Shown here one piece after another: positions 62,247 to 64,000 of a DNA stretch of 64,000 bases. The notes under the pieces are model-generated. The model saw only the letters and a list, made by a program, of their open reading frames with translations, had not been told where the DNA came from and did no database searches. Each line of letters opens with the position of its first letter. The first letter of the stretch is position 1. The DNA is taken from NCBI GenBank assembly GCA_977030845.1, contig OZ365110.1:38750001-38814000 (forward strand). Reading direction: 5' to 3'. The DNA is from Fimbriosthenelais zetlandica (taxonomy: Eukaryota). The translations under genes and the position numbers were made by a program.

Positions 62247-62989
62247 TATGCCAGGTGTAGGAGGCCTGGGAGGAATTCTGCAGGCAATATTCTGTCAAAA
62301 TCAGGTCCACCACTGCTGCAAGACCCAGTAGAAGCCCAGTAGAAAATAGTACTACAATATCTTATCTTGCCGATTCATATTTCATTAAGCAAATAAGTGC
62401 AGGAATGGTGCATCTTTTCAAAATTACATTCTGCATCTAATGAAAAGAGATCATTGATGGATAACCTGCAATATTCCTTATGAAAGTTTGTGTTGACAAA
62501 TTTGATGGTAGTGCACAGTACGATTGCCCTATGATTGATGTCATAATGCACATATCATCAGGCTGCAACTAAGAGAGAGGGTGTACATTGTATATGTTAA
62601 GACTATCTCTGGGTGTGTTGGATAGAAGGGAGGATGTGTGCATCCAAGGCAACTGATTATCAGTCTGAGACCATCGCAAACACCATCACATCGAAAAATG
62701 GCTTTTTCACGATGACAAGCACATGGTTTGATGGATCCGGATTAATCATAACCCAACGGGGTAAACATAATATCTCCCGCACGCCCAACTATCGTGGCAC
62801 AATATTTACGCGCAGTAAATCATGTCGCGTTTGAATATGCAGAAGGGAAAGAGGTGGGGGAGGAGGTGGAGGAGGTAAAGGGTCCACCATCACCAACACC
62901 GCCATGCTCCAGAACTGAGATCTACTATTACAACAGCCTCTTTCTGAGACGTCACAACTTCCGCTTATTGGAATAGGATTCCTGACGAC

Positions 62990-63330
62990 AAGAGATCGTC
63001 AAGTGCCCCTTTTACATCATCCGACCGGCGAGGTACATGGGCCCGTGCAGAGAGAATGAAATGGCGCGTGCCGCTGCGAGCTGTCGTCTGGAGAGACATG
63101 CTCGAAAAGTCGTTGTTGTCACTGGTGCCTTATTTGCTGTCGTCACGCAAATGCGGGATGAGAGGTCAATCGATTTGTCATATTACGAGTCCATCTGATA
63201 CGGGCGAGCATATCGGGATGATTACATTCAACGGGCGGGGGACGGTTACCATTAGGCAAATGGGTCCCGGCTTAGGTGCCAGGATTGTGGGCGCATTAAA
63301 GGGGGATTTTTATGAGCTCCACTTGGTGTG
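62990..63330. promoter_or_regulatory. CpG-rich, enhancer/CNE-like patch
   Basis: High CpG density, TTTATG and homeodomain-type motifs, no convincing ORF. Confidence 0.3.
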
Positions 63331-64000
63331 AAGTCAACAGTTAACTTCGAAGTGGAAGCTTTTGATCTTGAAATGTAACAAGTTGGATGTGAGAATGGAG
63401 AATCTGAAGGGTCTTCAGCATGCAGGGATGTCTACATACATAAATGTCAGAAAGCAATATAAGCAGTCAAGTCCAAAAGGCAGTTACTTTCTTCACTAGA
63501 CTTCAAAACCTGTCTGATCGTTTATTGCTAATAATATTGACAGAGTTATGGCATGTCCTTGATGATGCTAATTAAAATGGTATTTATCATGTTACAAGTT
63601 CTCATGGGGAGACTCAGCAGACATAAGATGTCCCAGCACATTACATTTTCCATAATATTATTTTTTATAATTGGTGTACTTTGATGTTGAAAGATCTAAA
63701 ATAACAGTGTTTCTGACTTTTTTCAAAATTTATTTTGGGATTATTCGGATTGCTATAATTAATCTTAATGTATGCATATTATGTAGAATCGATTATAATA
63801 TGTATAGAGTGTATACAAGAGATAACTAAAAGCAGACAAATTCATCCTGCTGCATCTAGCCTATACGTGTATTTTGATCCCAATGCTGCGAACCAAATTT
63901 GCCCACAAACTGCTCATAGGATGTATAGGCAGCCAGTGGCTGACATAAAAATATGTGGTTGACGGGCCGAGGGTTGGGCTTAAGCAGAGAAGAGCGAGGA

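Noticed and set aside
1-64000. Prokaryotic features (operons, CRISPR arrays, defence systems, rRNA or tRNA genes)
   Set aside because: The DNA has spliceosomal introns, a miRNA and a SINE. No regularly spaced repeat-spacer array is present, and the only tRNA-like sequence is the SINE head.
4300-64000. Most of the short (60-156 aa) ORFs in the supplied track
   Set aside because: Many start at TTG/GTG/CTG, overlap on both strands in GC-rich or low-complexity patches, and contain no recognisable domain. This is the expected background.

Overview
This is eukaryotic, intron-containing genomic DNA, not prokaryotic. It is AT-rich and probably from a non-vertebrate bilaterian, likely a marine invertebrate: the miR-137 mature arm is the invertebrate form and a Meta-type tRNA-derived SINE is present. 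Only two protein-coding genes are well supported, both in the first 3.7 kb and arranged tail-to-tail. The first is the last five exons of a DBH-like/MOXD1-type copper monooxygenase (+, <1..1240). The second is a divergent rhodopsin-class 7TM receptor with an intronless CDS (-, 2594..3664). The remaining ~60 kb is gene-poor, and almost all ORFs in the supplied track look spurious. The main hidden feature is a complete mir-137 hairpin at 38788..38858 (+), sitting in an apparently spliced host transcript with CCAAT boxes and GT-AG exons at ~36.5 and ~37.9 kb. A strong splice acceptor lies ~40 nt upstream of the hairpin. The predicted exons can be joined into a 142-codon ORF that stops inside the 5p arm; this is speculative. 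Other supported elements are a full-length SINE with a 17-bp TSD, a probable solo LTR, a ~323-bp tandem array with a distant inverted copy, several short fold-back (MITE-like) elements, CpG-rich regulatory-looking patches and some decayed coding-like relics. Everything was read by eye with no database searches.
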